From a virus (Duplodnaviria > Caudoviricetes), in IMG/VR virus record IMGVR_UViG_3300049021_000095, positions 3,103-67,102 of that record: a DNA stretch of 64,000 nt; one strand, 5' to 3'. Shown here one piece after another: positions 41,797 through 51,174 of this stretch. The position numbers and the translations under genes were made by a program. Positions within the stretch are counted from its first letter, which is position 1; each line of letters begins with the position of its first letter. The notes beneath the pieces are model-generated. The model worked only from the letters and a program-made list of their open reading frames with translations. It made no database searches and was not told the origin of the DNA.

Positions 41797-42396
41797 AGTG
41801 GCAAGATCATACGCAAGTGCGAGACGTGCGGTTCAGGTTTCGAAGTCTGGCCGTCCCAACCGAAGAAGTTCTGCTCGCACAAGTGCAGTTGTAGGCGTGT
41901 TTCTCCGCGAGAACGGTTCGCTCGTCACGTCAACGAGAGCGGCCCTGTCCCCACGCATCGTCCGGAACTGGGACCTTGCGCCGTCTGGACTGGCTCACGA
42001 GATCGCCTCGGATACGGAAGCTTTGGGCTTTCACACCTTCCGAATTCAGCCGAGCTGGCGCACCGAGCAGCTTGGTTCTTGGAGTTCGGAACCATGCCAG
42101 TCGATTGCCTACTGCACGCCTGCGACAACCCGTCTTGCGTCAGAATCTCGCATCTGTTCGAAGGTAGTCGTGCTGATAACTCGGCGGACATGTGGAGCAA
42201 GAACCGTCAGTCTCGCCCGCCGATCATGATCGGCTCTGGCCACGCTCGGGCCAAACTGCACGAGTCTGAAGTTCCAGGCGTGCGCGTCGCGCACGCCAAT
42301 GGCGAAACAATCGCGTCTATCGCTCGGCGGCTCTCTGTCACCGAGACCGCCATTCGATTGATCGTGCAGCGCAAGACTTGGCGTCACGTCGCCTAG
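41794..42396 (+). CDS. free-standing HNH homing endonuclease 3 (N-terminal Zn finger, C-terminal HTH)
   Basis: CETC...KFCSHKC, WTGSRD.LGYG, AHR, LHACDNPSCVRISHLFEG; stop abuts the stop of 42397-42951. Confidence 0.92.
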   Translation: MSGKIIRKCETCGSGFEVWPSQPKKFCSHKCSCRRVSPRERFARHVNESGPVPTHRPELGPCAVWTGSRDRLGYGSFGLSHLPNSAELAHRAAWFLEFGTMPVDCLLHACDNPSCVRISHLFEGSRADNSADMWSKNRQSRPPIMIGSGHARAKLHESEVPGVRVAHANGETIASIARRLSVTETAIRLIVQRKTWRHVA

Positions 42397-42951
42397 TTAC
42401 TTTCGAAACCGGTCGACCAGAAACTTGGTTGCGGCCTGCTTGAGGCCACGCATCCAGATGGGCGAAGGCCTTCCGACCACCGGAACCATCAGGCGTTGCG
42501 GCGAGCCCTTCACGCTGGCGAAGAACTGCGCGCCACTCGTGAACCTGCCGCCGGCGCCGCGGTTGACGGGGCCGGGTATGCGGAGCGCGCGACCGTTCTT
42601 CGGGTAGATGCGGGACTTGCTCGGGCCGAAGATGCCGGTGCCCTGGGTGAACTTGGCGTGCGGCTCGCGGTTGCTCAGCGTGTAGCCGCCGGGGCCCACG
42701 CTGCTCAGGTACCAGCCCGCGTAGAGCTTGCCGGACTTCCGGAGGATCTTGTTTCCGTCCGGGAAGACTTTCTTGGCCCACTTCTTCCCGTACGGGTCGC
42801 GCTCCTCGCGGAAACCGTCTCGGGCCTGAATGATGGCCTCGGCGCCGAGCGCCTTGTTGAGCGCGGTCAGCGCGCGGGATCCGCCGAGGTCGCCGACCTT
42901 CTTGCCGAACCGCTCCAGAGCCGCGAAGTCTCCGGTGAGCGATCCCTTCAT
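42397..42951 (-). CDS. virion morphogenesis (neck, Mu gpG-like) protein
   Basis: F.EERDPYG.KW...G.KIL..SG.L; YA/HAKF.Q.GT; RL/PQRLMVP. Confidence 0.75.
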   Translation of the reverse strand: MKGSLTGDFAALERFGKKVGDLGGSRALTALNKALGAEAIIQARDGFREERDPYGKKWAKKVFPDGNKILRKSGKLYAGWYLSSVGPGGYTLSNREPHAKFTQGTGIFGPSKSRIYPKNGRALRIPGPVNRGAGGRFTSGAQFFASVKGSPQRLMVPVVGRPSPIWMRGLKQAATKFLVDRFRK

Positions 42952-42957
42952 GGTCGG

Positions 42958-43140
42958 CTACTTGATCTTGACGGTGAGCTTGATGCGCCTGGAACCGCAG
43001 AAGCAGGCCAGGTCGGCCTGAACGGTCACGGCCCCAGCCGGGTCAGCGGCGGGCCAGCGCGCGTGGTCAGCGGCCGGCACGTCTCGCTGGGCACCGCATC
43101 GGGCGCACGTGGCGAGGAGGACCGTTGACTGGGAGAACAC
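42958..43140 (-). CDS. small zinc-ribbon protein
   Basis: CARC...CFC. Confidence 0.4.
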   Translation of the reverse strand: MFSQSTVLLATCARCGAQRDVPAADHARWPAADPAGAVTVQADLACFCGSRRIKLTVKIK

Positions 43141-43171
43141 CCTTGAAGGGTAGCTGCTCCAGCGGCGGGGG

Positions 43172-43957
43172 CTAGGTGTCGAGCCCCGTAAGGTCGACTT
43201 CCTCGCCGAACGGGTAGGCGCCGAAGAAGACGCCCGGAGAAAGCTCCGCCACGTCGTAGTCGCCGTCGGAGCTCGAGCTGCTGTCGCCGTCGTCGGAGTC
43301 TTCGATGCCCGGCATGCACGCTTTGCCGTCGCCGATCTCGCGGAGCTGCGCGATGGCGTCGTCGTAGCGCTTCACGATCAGGGCATCAGCGCCCTCAGGC
43401 TGGAAGCCGCGCACACACATTAGGTCGTAGACCGCGATGTGGACGACGAATCGTCGGAGGTCGCTCGGCCATTTCACGAGCGGGAGCGTGAACTCCCGGC
43501 AAAGGTATCGGTCCGAGGTGTCGGACGCAGCGATGAGCGCCTCGACCTTGTCGGAGACGGGGACAGCGGCCAGAGCGGCCTTAGCCATGCCGAGGCGGTC
43601 AATGTCCCGCAGGTTCGCGTAGGTGACGTGGGCGGAGCCGGTCAGCCCAAAGGCTACGCTCGGCGTCGTGCCATCGAGCGCCCAGCGGAAGCGGACGTAG
43701 CGAAGGACGGAGCCGAACGTCTCCTCGACGGTTGTCTCAACGGTGAGTGCCGGCAGCGCACCGACGCGCTTCCAGCCGCTCGTGCCGTTCGGCGACGTCT
43801 CGACCTCGACCGTCAGCTTCGCGCCCGCGCCCACGAAGGCCGAGGCCTCGAGCGTGAGCCGGAGCGCGTTGCGGGGGCCGATGTCCGTCGCAGCCGTCAC
43901 CCCGCTCGCCGTCTCCGCCGCCGTGGCGTGCAGAATCAGGTCGAGCGGGTTTGACAT
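43172..43957 (-). CDS. head-tail adaptor (Mu gp36/DUF1320-like) with N-terminal beta-sandwich extension
   Basis: TYANLRD, AS...DRYL..EF.LPL, IAVYDL, RYDDAI.QL.EI.DGK. Confidence 0.8.
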   Translation of the reverse strand: MSNPLDLILHATAAETASGVTAATDIGPRNALRLTLEASAFVGAGAKLTVEVETSPNGTSGWKRVGALPALTVETTVEETFGSVLRYVRFRWALDGTTPSVAFGLTGSAHVTYANLRDIDRLGMAKAALAAVPVSDKVEALIAASDTSDRYLCREFTLPLVKWPSDLRRFVVHIAVYDLMCVRGFQPEGADALIVKRYDDAIAQLREIGDGKACMPGIEDSDDGDSSSSSDGDYDVAELSPGVFFGAYPFGEEVDLTGLDT

Positions 43958-43966
43958 GGGTGACGA

Positions 43967-44326
43967 TCAGGAGGGGGAATCGATCTCTTCGAGGTACTCG
44001 TCGACGCTGAGGGCTTCGGTGCGAGTGATCTGGAGCTCGGCGCCGGCGGGGTACCAGGCACCGTTGACTTTCACGGAGCCGGGGCCCTTGACGCGGAACC
44101 AAGCGATGCCGACGCCGCGTTCCTTCTCGTCTTCTTTGCTGCCAGGCTTCGCGGTGCTCTTTTTGGGAGCGCCCTCGGCCCGCTTGGCCTCTTCGACGAA
44201 CGCGCCTTGAGGACCCGTGCCGGCGACGGCCGGCGTGGCCGTCGTGGTCTCGCCGATGCCGCGCTCAGGAGACTCGGGCAGGCCTGGTTTGTTCGGTTCG
44301 GTCGCGGTAGATGACTTGTTGGACAT
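43967..44326 (-). CDS. small protein following the capsid gene
   Basis: GGAG ribosome-binding site; V.VNG.WY.AG motif. Confidence 0.65.
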   Translation of the reverse strand: MSNKSSTATEPNKPGLPESPERGIGETTTATPAVAGTGPQGAFVEEAKRAEGAPKKSTAKPGSKEDEKERGVGIAWFRVKGPGSVKVNGAWYPAGAELQITRTEALSVDEYLEEIDSPS

Positions 44327-44337
44327 GTGATGCTCCT

Positions 44338-44378
44338 TTGCTTGGCGGGTTCAAGCGATCCCGAACCCAGCCAAGCAA
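44338..44378 (-). terminator. 15-bp hairpin after the capsid gene (attenuator or mRNA stabiliser)
   Basis: TTGCTTGGC-GGGTTC paired with GAACCC-A-GCCAAGCAA; no long U tract. Confidence 0.45.
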
Positions 44379-44382
44379 GAAT

Positions 44383-45477
44383 TCAGCCGATGGGCGTGGT
44401 GAGGAGCCAGCCCGTATCCGCGGCCACGATGACGGACGAGTCCGACACCTTGGCGCGGGCGTACCAGCCGCCGTCCGTGCCGCGCTCGCTCGAGTAGGTC
44501 GTGTCGACCTCAGCGTTGGCGCGATCCTGGAACGTGACCCCCCAGCTAGCCGAGCGTGAGCCCGGGTTCTGGGCGACGCGGACGACGCCGAAGACGTCGG
44601 GCCAGATGCGGCCATAAGAGGCCGTTTGGCCCTCGTTGGCCGTGTCCTGCCACGCCGAGCCGATGAGCAACTCGTCGACGCCGAACCAATTGGCCAGCAT
44701 CTGCGGCATCGCCAGGCCCGCTTGGTGAGCCTTGAACAGGTCCAGGATCCGCGGGTGCTGACGGAGCACGTTCCAAACCGCAAGCGAGGTGAAGGCCACC
44801 AGCTTGGTCGGGCCGCGACCGCTCCAGATGCCGGGCATCATGGCGATGATGTCGGCCACCGGATCCCCGCCGACGTCCCAGCGGTTGGCCGCTGCGATCG
44901 CCGTGGTGTTGGAGCCGTAGTTGGCCGACGCGCCGATGACGGCCGCGATGCGCTTCTCTTTCAAGAACGCCAGGCCCTCGAGCGCGTTCGCCGAAGCCTC
45001 GATCAGCTCGTTGAGAGGCTGCTCTGGGTTGTTCAGCGTGAGCTCGTCCACGTACTCACGGAGCGCGCGAGGCGTCAGCGAGACGTTGACCAAGCTCTTC
45101 GTGCGGCTCAGCTCGTTGGCGTTCGCACGCTCGGCCATCGAGTCGTCCGGGTACGCCAGCGAGTCTCGCTTGGTGTACGTGTAGTAGCTCGCGGCCAGGC
45201 GCCCGTTCAGGTTGACGGTCGGCATGAGCCGCTCGCCGATGTAGGCGTCGTTCTGGTACGCGACCGACATCGTGTCGATCACGTAGTTGTGGAGGATCGC
45301 GCCCGAGGCAGCCTTGAGGCCGAGGACTTCCTCGTTCATGGCCTTCCACTCCGCGCGCTCGCCCTCGTCCCGCGAGGAGCCGATCGCCTTGATGGCGCGC
45401 AGCACCTGGTCGTACTTGAGCCCGCGTTCTGTGCGAGCGATCGGGGCGCTGGAGTCGGCCCTGAGAATCATATTCAT
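44383..45477 (-). CDS. major capsid protein
   Basis: 364 aa after protease and decoration genes; YQN..YIG..L.PTV, W...GDP..DI, L..WFGVDE..IG. Confidence 0.85.
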   Translation of the reverse strand: MNMILRADSSAPIARTERGLKYDQVLRAIKAIGSSRDEGERAEWKAMNEEVLGLKAASGAILHNYVIDTMSVAYQNDAYIGERLMPTVNLNGRLAASYYTYTKRDSLAYPDDSMAERANANELSRTKSLVNVSLTPRALREYVDELTLNNPEQPLNELIEASANALEGLAFLKEKRIAAVIGASANYGSNTTAIAAANRWDVGGDPVADIIAMMPGIWSGRGPTKLVAFTSLAVWNVLRQHPRILDLFKAHQAGLAMPQMLANWFGVDELLIGSAWQDTANEGQTASYGRIWPDVFGVVRVAQNPGSRSASWGVTFQDRANAEVDTTYSSERGTDGGWYARAKVSDSSVIVAADTGWLLTTPIG

Positions 45478-45503
45478 GGCTGGTTCTTTCCTTAGGCCGA
45501 GGC

Positions 45504-45917
45504 TTAGGAGCCCACGGTGAAGCTGAAGCCGCCGAGGTTGATGCCGACCATGTCACCCACGACACCGGTCTGCGTGAACTGACCAAGGACGACTAGCTTG
45601 GTGGTGGCGCCGCCGACCGTGGCATCGGTGAGGCCGTTGGCCGCGTACTTGGCGGGAGCCCCGCGAGTGGCGCCGCCGGTGCCGACCTTGCACTTTGCAA
45701 TGCCGTTGCCGAACATCGCGACCCGGACCGAGGCCAAAGCTGCTCCCGTGTCGAGCGAGATGCCGATGCAGTTGTCGCTAACGGCCGCCATGTTCTGCAC
45801 CGCGTCGTCAGCGCCCGAGTGCTTGACCGCGAAACCGGCGGTTGCCGCTTGACCGCTCGCCACCGTGAACGGGCGAATCGTCGCGTACTGAAGAACCTCT
45901 TGTGCTCGTGCAGCCAT
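45504..45917 (-). CDS. capsid cement/decoration protein (DUF2190-like)
   Basis: IGIS.D......V.V...G...C..G.GG...GA...Y.ANG pattern. Confidence 0.8.
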   Translation of the reverse strand: MAARAQEVLQYATIRPFTVASGQAATAGFAVKHSGADDAVQNMAAVSDNCIGISLDTGAALASVRVAMFGNGIAKCKVGTGGATRGAPAKYAANGLTDATVGGATTKLVVLGQFTQTGVVGDMVGINLGGFSFTVGS

Positions 45918-45919
45918 GA

Positions 45920-46972
45920 CTAGCTACCCACCTTTTCCAGACGCGCCGCGATTTTCTTGGGCGTCCCGCCGGTCTTGGCGTGGTTTTCGGTGTCTTCTTC
46001 GCCCTTGACGATGGTCTTGAGCGTCGGGAGGTCGCTCATCTTTTCGACGAACGCCGCGAACTTCTTCTCGCCGTAAGCGGCGCGGAGCTCGATGAACTCC
46101 TCGCGCTGCGTCGGCTGAATCTTCTTGCCGACCAGCGCGTCGACTTCGACGGCGATCAGCTTGTGCTGGGCATCCGCGGCGCTCTTCTTGAGCGGCTCCA
46201 CTTCGGCCTTCAGCTTGGTGTGAGCGTCGCGCTCCGTAGAGAGCTCCGTCTCGAGGGTCTTGATCTTCGCTTCGGCGGTACCCGCGCGAGCTTCGGCGTC
46301 TTTCGCCTTCTGCTCGGCGACGGCCTTTGCCTCGAGCGCCTTCTGCAGTTCTTCGTTCATGTTTTTCTCACGTGGGGCGCCGCTCGGCGCGGCAGTTTTG
46401 GCCGCCATGCGGCTGAGTTGTTCACGCTCCGCGGCGTGGAGCGCTTTCGCGACCGCGTCGGGGTTGCTGGGGATCGGAACGACGCTGATCTCGAACAGCT
46501 CGTTGTTGGCGAGCCGATACGTGACCTTGCCGGTGTCGGCGTTCTCGGTGCGCGTCACCTTGCCGGGCTTGAACCCGATGGAGACGGCGTTGAGCGAACC
46601 TTCCTTGAATTGGTGGAAGATTCGCTCGGCAAGCGGGCTCGCCTTCTCGCTCGCAAAGTGAATGCGGGCCTCGAGCTGGCCGCCGGCCACCTTGACGTTT
46701 TCTCCGCGACCAATCGGCAGGAAGTCCTCAGGGCGAGCGCCGTCGAGGAAGCCAAATTGGTTGTGGAGGAAAAGGACTACCGGGTTTTTCTTGTAGCGCT
46801 TGAGGTCGAAGCTTTGCTCGACGATGTCGCCGTGCCCGTCGAGGGTGTCGGTCGATGCGATGACGTCAACCCAGCGTCCCTCTTCGTCGAAAGCTTTGAC
46901 GGAACAATCGAGCGATCGCCGTAGGACACCGTCCCAGCTCGTGGCCGGGTCTTGCTGTTGCGGCTTTGCCAT
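45920..46972 (-). CDS. HK97-type prohead protease with scaffold-like C-terminus
   Basis: LFLHN, LPIGR, AVSIGF (catalytic Ser), LFEISVVPIPSNPDA; coiled-coil tail. Confidence 0.92.
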   Translation of the reverse strand: MAKPQQQDPATSWDGVLRRSLDCSVKAFDEEGRWVDVIASTDTLDGHGDIVEQSFDLKRYKKNPVVLFLHNQFGFLDGARPEDFLPIGRGENVKVAGGQLEARIHFASEKASPLAERIFHQFKEGSLNAVSIGFKPGKVTRTENADTGKVTYRLANNELFEISVVPIPSNPDAVAKALHAAEREQLSRMAAKTAAPSGAPREKNMNEELQKALEAKAVAEQKAKDAEARAGTAEAKIKTLETELSTERDAHTKLKAEVEPLKKSAADAQHKLIAVEVDALVGKKIQPTQREEFIELRAAYGEKKFAAFVEKMSDLPTLKTIVKGEEDTENHAKTGGTPKKIAARLEKVGS

Positions 46973-46984
46973 TCGTCCTTCGCG

Positions 46985-48361
46985 TCACTCGGCGGGCTTG
47001 TCTTCGTCCGCGTCGGCTTCGTCGTCGGCGTCTTCTTCGTCGCCATCGGGCTTCTTTCCAGCGCCGGACTCAGCTAGCGGCTTCCCGTCACCGAGGAGCT
47101 CGTCGTCCGCCTTGGGCTCCGGAATTCCGGCCTTGCCGTAGACGTGCGAGCTCGGGATCTTGAGGCCAGCCTTGCGGAGGTTGACCATCGACTTCGAGAA
47201 CTTCTCGAGGTCTTCGGGGTCTTCGGTGAGGAAGAAGAAGTCGGGGACGGTCGCCGTCTCGCCGAAGTTCATTCGCACCATGGGCTCGAGCAGGCAGCGT
47301 TTCAGCTCGGCGCCGAGCGCCATGGCATCAGCGTCGCGACGGTCGCGCCGGATCTCGTTCCGGACTTCGGAGGCAGCGCGGCTACCGTTCTTCTCCGCCT
47401 CGATGGCGTCAGTGCCACCGAGCACCGCCTTGGACATCTCGCGACCCATGAAGGCCACGAGCTCGGAGTGGTTGCTCCCGTTGGCGCCGCCCGCGAACTC
47501 GGGCCAATTGACGTCAACTTCCCAGGCGTCAGGGAAGATGGCGAGCCCGTTGCGGGTCATCGCCTCGAGGATCCGCTTCATTGCGGCGACCTCGGTTGAG
47601 ACGTTTGCCCCGAGCTTGTTCTTATCGAACTTCGCGGTGCGCCACGGCTTCCACGCCATCTCGGCGAGCTGGAGCCAGTCGGCTACACCCCAGTTCCGGA
47701 ACAGGGCGGCCCAGAGCAGCGAGCGCGCCAGACCTTCGCGGACTGGCACGTCACCGTTTACGCGGCGACGTATTTGAATGAATTTGCCCGGGTACGCCTC
47801 GAGGAGGTCGATGCCGGTCTGCGCCGTTGGGCGCTCGAGAAAGACGAGCCGACCCTCCGACTCCGTGAAGCGAAAGCGCCGGCAGCTGATCTGCTCGGTG
47901 TGGCTGGGGACGATCGCGGCGCCTTGCTTGCGCCACATGATCTCGCTAGTCGCGTGCCCGAACAGCAGCGACTCACCGGACAGGTGAGCGAGCAGCTGCG
48001 GGAAGCCGCGCATCGCAAGGATCCAGTCCTTGCAGAACTTCGCGACCGTCTTGTCTTTCTTCTTGGGCTTCTCGCCCGGCGCGACGATGTCCCACTCGAG
48101 CGCCTGCATGGCGAGCTCGCGGGTCTCGAGCACGCTCTGAAGGTGGCCGTCCTTCTGGCGAGCCTCGTGGACGAGGTCAACCATTCGGGCCGGCGCCCCA
48201 CCATCGGCCTCGGCCAGGATCGCCGTTACGGCTGCAGGTGTGAGGTTGCCGCCGATGCGCCCGAATGACTCCGACAGCCGGAGCGGGCCCACCACGGCCT
48301 CGACTTGCATCGAGACGGTCCGCGGCTTGGCGGAGGGTTGCGCCTTCGCCTTGGCGGGCAT
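46985..48361 (-). CDS. portal protein (Mu gp29/DUF935-like)
   Basis: KDGHLQSVLETR..A, GLARSL.W..LFR.W...DW..LAE, EMSKAVLG, SRAASEV.NEIR.D...ADA. Confidence 0.92.
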   Translation of the reverse strand: MPAKAKAQPSAKPRTVSMQVEAVVGPLRLSESFGRIGGNLTPAAVTAILAEADGGAPARMVDLVHEARQKDGHLQSVLETRELAMQALEWDIVAPGEKPKKKDKTVAKFCKDWILAMRGFPQLLAHLSGESLLFGHATSEIMWRKQGAAIVPSHTEQISCRRFRFTESEGRLVFLERPTAQTGIDLLEAYPGKFIQIRRRVNGDVPVREGLARSLLWAALFRNWGVADWLQLAEMAWKPWRTAKFDKNKLGANVSTEVAAMKRILEAMTRNGLAIFPDAWEVDVNWPEFAGGANGSNHSELVAFMGREMSKAVLGGTDAIEAEKNGSRAASEVRNEIRRDRRDADAMALGAELKRCLLEPMVRMNFGETATVPDFFFLTEDPEDLEKFSKSMVNLRKAGLKIPSSHVYGKAGIPEPKADDELLGDGKPLAESGAGKKPDGDEEDADDEADADEDKPAE

Positions 48362-48373
48362 GAGTCGTCAGGA

Positions 48374-48619
48374 TCAGAAGTAGGCGATGAGCAGCGTGGC
48401 CGTGGTCGCCGCCATGATTCGATCGATGGGTGGCACGTCGATGACTCGGCCTTGCGTGGGCGCCGTGAAAGTCAGCGTCGCCCCGCCATTCACCATGCGC
48501 AGCGCGAGGTTCCCGGCACCGCCCACATAGATGGCCTTGCACCCCGTGAGATCGGTCGCGTCACTCGGGGTGACCGCGACTGCTCGCGAGTAGTAGTTGT
48601 TGCCGAAACCGCGGGCCAT
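48374..48619 (-). CDS. head spike base protein (RcGTA Rcc01079-like)
   Basis: AVAVTPSDATDL...KAIYVGGAGNL.LRM..G...TF. Confidence 0.8.
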   Translation of the reverse strand: MARGFGNNYYSRAVAVTPSDATDLTGCKAIYVGGAGNLALRMVNGGATLTFTAPTQGRVIDVPPIDRIMAATTATLLIAYF

Positions 48620-48627
48620 GGGCTAGC

Positions 48628-48888
48628 TCAGACGGGGATAACAGCTGCGACCCAGCGACCAGCGCCAGCGTCGGGGACGAGGACGGTCGCGGACGCGCCG
48701 GCCGCACTGTCGGCGTCGAAGACCCACAGCGAAGCGGGCTCGACGACCACGAGCATTCCGTTGGCGCGAGCCTTGGCCGGCAACGCTTTGAGGGCTGCGG
48801 TTGTCGCGAAGACGCCGCCGAAGCGCGCGCTGATGTCGCGCTCGACCGTTCCGCCGTAGTTGACTTGGCCTTTGGGGGTAGCTGCCAT
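48628..48888 (-). CDS. small head-decoration/fibre-like protein
   Basis: ATTAALKALP, W.FDADS, V.VPD.G.GRW. Confidence 0.6.
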   Translation of the reverse strand: MAATPKGQVNYGGTVERDISARFGGVFATTAALKALPAKARANGMLVVVEPASLWVFDADSAAGASATVLVPDAGAGRWVAAVIPV

Positions 48889-48903
48889 GTGATGGTTCTT
48901 TCG

Positions 48904-50493
48904 TCAGCCGTAGCCGCGTTGTTCGGGCTCCCAGCGTGTCAGTGAGGTGGCGGATTCAACCCAGGAGTCGTCGACCGCAACGAAGGGCGGCTCGTACTGG
49001 GCGAGCAGCACAGAGTCAGCGCGGTCCGGTGACCGCCCGAGGCGCTTCTTGGTGTCGCGCTTCTTTTCGACCTTGTTCCGCCCTTGAGCGTCCAGCTCGT
49101 AGGTCGGCGCGATGAGCTCGCTCTCGGCCTTGGGGTCCGGATAGAGCGCGCAGTCCTTGAGCGACTTGCGGCCGTTGAACCACAGCTCGTCACGAAGGAC
49201 GGGGTATTTGCTCGAGTCGCTCGAGCTGCCCGCGAAGTTGATCCGCAGGATCTCGACGTGCTCAGGGAGCAGCGTTTGGCCGTCGTCGCCCTTGGTTTGG
49301 CGGAGCCGCTCGAGCTCCGCGCAGAGCGGCTCGCCGAAGCCGCCGGTCACGTCGACCTTGATGCGGATGCGCTCGCCGGGGTTGGCCAGCACACCGACGC
49401 AGCTGCACACCAGCGCACCGAGCTTCACGGCGTCGTAGCCGTTCACGACGGCTTTGATGCCGTGCTCTTTCTCGAAGTAGGCGGGGGTGTAGGTCCGGAG
49501 ACCGCGCCGCCCCGTCACCGCCGAGTCGTCGTCGCCGAAGCGCGCCACGTCGACCCCGAAGTCCACGACCGCGCAGGCGTCCGTGATCTCTTCGTCGTGC
49601 CAACGAGCGAGCGCGCCCTCAACGAGCCCGAGCCCGATCACCGCGTTGGCGACCGTCGACGGGAACTTGCCGGCGACACGGACCGCGTACTGCGGGGACT
49701 CGATCCCGTAGTCGTCGATCACCTCTTGGACGAAGTCACGGTCGGCCAGACCCGGGATGACTTGTCGACCCTCGATGTAATTCGGGGTCTCGGTGCTCGC
49801 GATGTCGAAGTGGGCCCAGCCCTTGCGGCGCCCGTTGAAGGCGTCGAAGAACCAGCCTGAAGTTTGTGTGGGGTTGCCGAGCGCCAGCACCTTGCCGCCA
49901 CCGGCCCGGATGCCTTGCAGGGCTTCCCAGACCTCTCGAAGGACGCCCGGGCCCTCGTCGATGATGACGAGCACCTCGGGGCCGCCGGGGCCTGACACGT
50001 CGTCGGCGTGGGTCGCCGAGAAGCCGAAGAGCTCGCGGCCGTCGTACCACCTACATCCCGTGTCGGGAGCGATGGCCGGCTCGGGCATCAGCCGGCGTAG
50101 CTCTGGCGAGTTCTGCCAGTAGCGCCGGACCTCGTACCAAACGGCCTTCTTGATCTGGCGCGACGTCGGCGCCGTGAGCATGCCGCGCGCTGACCCACGG
50201 GTGCAGGTCCACCAGCAACCCAGGCCGGCAGCGAGCTTGCTCTTGCCGATCTTGTGGCCACTGCGAACCGCCGTGCGCCGGCTCTCGAGCACCGCTTTCG
50301 CGACGTCGAGCTGCTTCGTCCAGAGCTTGGTGTGGAGGATGTCGGCGAAGAATTCCGCCGGGTGGTTCGCGTATTCAGTGAGAACCGTTGCCTGCGACCA
50401 GGCCAAGGGTCCTTCCGGGAGCGGGGCTTGGGGCGGCAGTAGCCGATCCAGCTTCCGGTTGAAGCGGTCGATTCTGTCGAGCGAGTCGAGCAT
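48904..50493 (-). CDS. terL: terminase large subunit
   Basis: Walker A SGHKIGKS, Walker B VIIDEG, LGNP, nuclease FGVDVARFGDD and RSPDRADS. Confidence 0.95.
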   Translation of the reverse strand: MLDSLDRIDRFNRKLDRLLPPQAPLPEGPLAWSQATVLTEYANHPAEFFADILHTKLWTKQLDVAKAVLESRRTAVRSGHKIGKSKLAAGLGCWWTCTRGSARGMLTAPTSRQIKKAVWYEVRRYWQNSPELRRLMPEPAIAPDTGCRWYDGRELFGFSATHADDVSGPGGPEVLVIIDEGPGVLREVWEALQGIRAGGGKVLALGNPTQTSGWFFDAFNGRRKGWAHFDIASTETPNYIEGRQVIPGLADRDFVQEVIDDYGIESPQYAVRVAGKFPSTVANAVIGLGLVEGALARWHDEEITDACAVVDFGVDVARFGDDDSAVTGRRGLRTYTPAYFEKEHGIKAVVNGYDAVKLGALVCSCVGVLANPGERIRIKVDVTGGFGEPLCAELERLRQTKGDDGQTLLPEHVEILRINFAGSSSDSSKYPVLRDELWFNGRKSLKDCALYPDPKAESELIAPTYELDAQGRNKVEKKRDTKKRLGRSPDRADSVLLAQYEPPFVAVDDSWVESATSLTRWEPEQRGYG

Positions 50494-50866
50494 CCAAGAC
50501 CTTCCAGGTCGCGGCTTGCTCGCTCAGGAGCTTGAAGGCGCCGGCCACGCTGTGGACCATCGCCGCGTCCTTGTGGTCGCCATCGGTGGCCGCGCGCCGG
50601 AGAAAGGCGATCGCCTCGCGCATCGCCCCCGGGATCTCGTCGGCCCAGCCGGCCTCTACCTTCGACCTTTTCTCAGCGACAAGTGCCGACAAAACCGGTG
50701 ACCAGGGGAGCGCCTCGCGGTACCGGAACAACGTCCGCTCGTCGATCCCGTGCTTCTTGATTGTCGCCGGGTCGCCGAGCGTGGCGGCCTCCACGATGAT
50801 TTCTGCCGCCTTCTCGCGCCGAGTGGCGCTCCACTTGTCGGGCTGAATCTTCTTCGTGGCAGTCAA
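50375..50866 (-). CDS. terS: terminase small subunit
   Basis: N-terminal HTH (KKHGIDERTLFRYR); directly upstream of and overlapping terL. Confidence 0.7.
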   Translation of the reverse strand: MTATKKIQPDKWSATRREKAAEIIVEAATLGDPATIKKHGIDERTLFRYREALPWSPVLSALVAEKRSKVEAGWADEIPGAMREAIAFLRRAATDGDHKDAAMVHSVAGAFKLLSEQAATWKVLDARLARQNRPLQPEAGSATAAPSPAPGRTLGLVAGNGSH

Positions 50867-50900
50867 CTGGCCCGCCGTTTGCTATTCTGTCCGCCGTGCC

Positions 50901-51092
50901 ATGGACCCCGCACTCGAAACCCCGCGCACTGCGCCTCCCGACTGGGAGGACTTCAGCCGCTGGGCCCCGGTGCGTCCTGTCGCGCCGTTGCGCTTGGTCC
51001 CGGTGACCGAGCTGCCTGGAGAGCCGTCAGGTCGTCGGGTGGCGACCGTCCAGGCTCGCCCGGGCTCGTCGTTCCCACCGGCCGCCGTGTGA
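50901..51092 (+). CDS. 63 aa ORF antisense to the late leader
   Basis: extended -10 TGCTATTCT at 50880-50888, 12 nt before the ATG. Confidence 0.3.
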   Translation: MDPALETPRTAPPDWEDFSRWAPVRPVAPLRLVPVTELPGEPSGRRVATVQARPGSSFPPAAV

Positions 51093-51174
51093 GGGCTCGT
51101 CGGGGGTTGGCCGAGGGGGCTTCGTCGCTCTCTCGTGCTGAAAGAAAGCGCGCCCGCGTCGCGTGCCTTTTACC

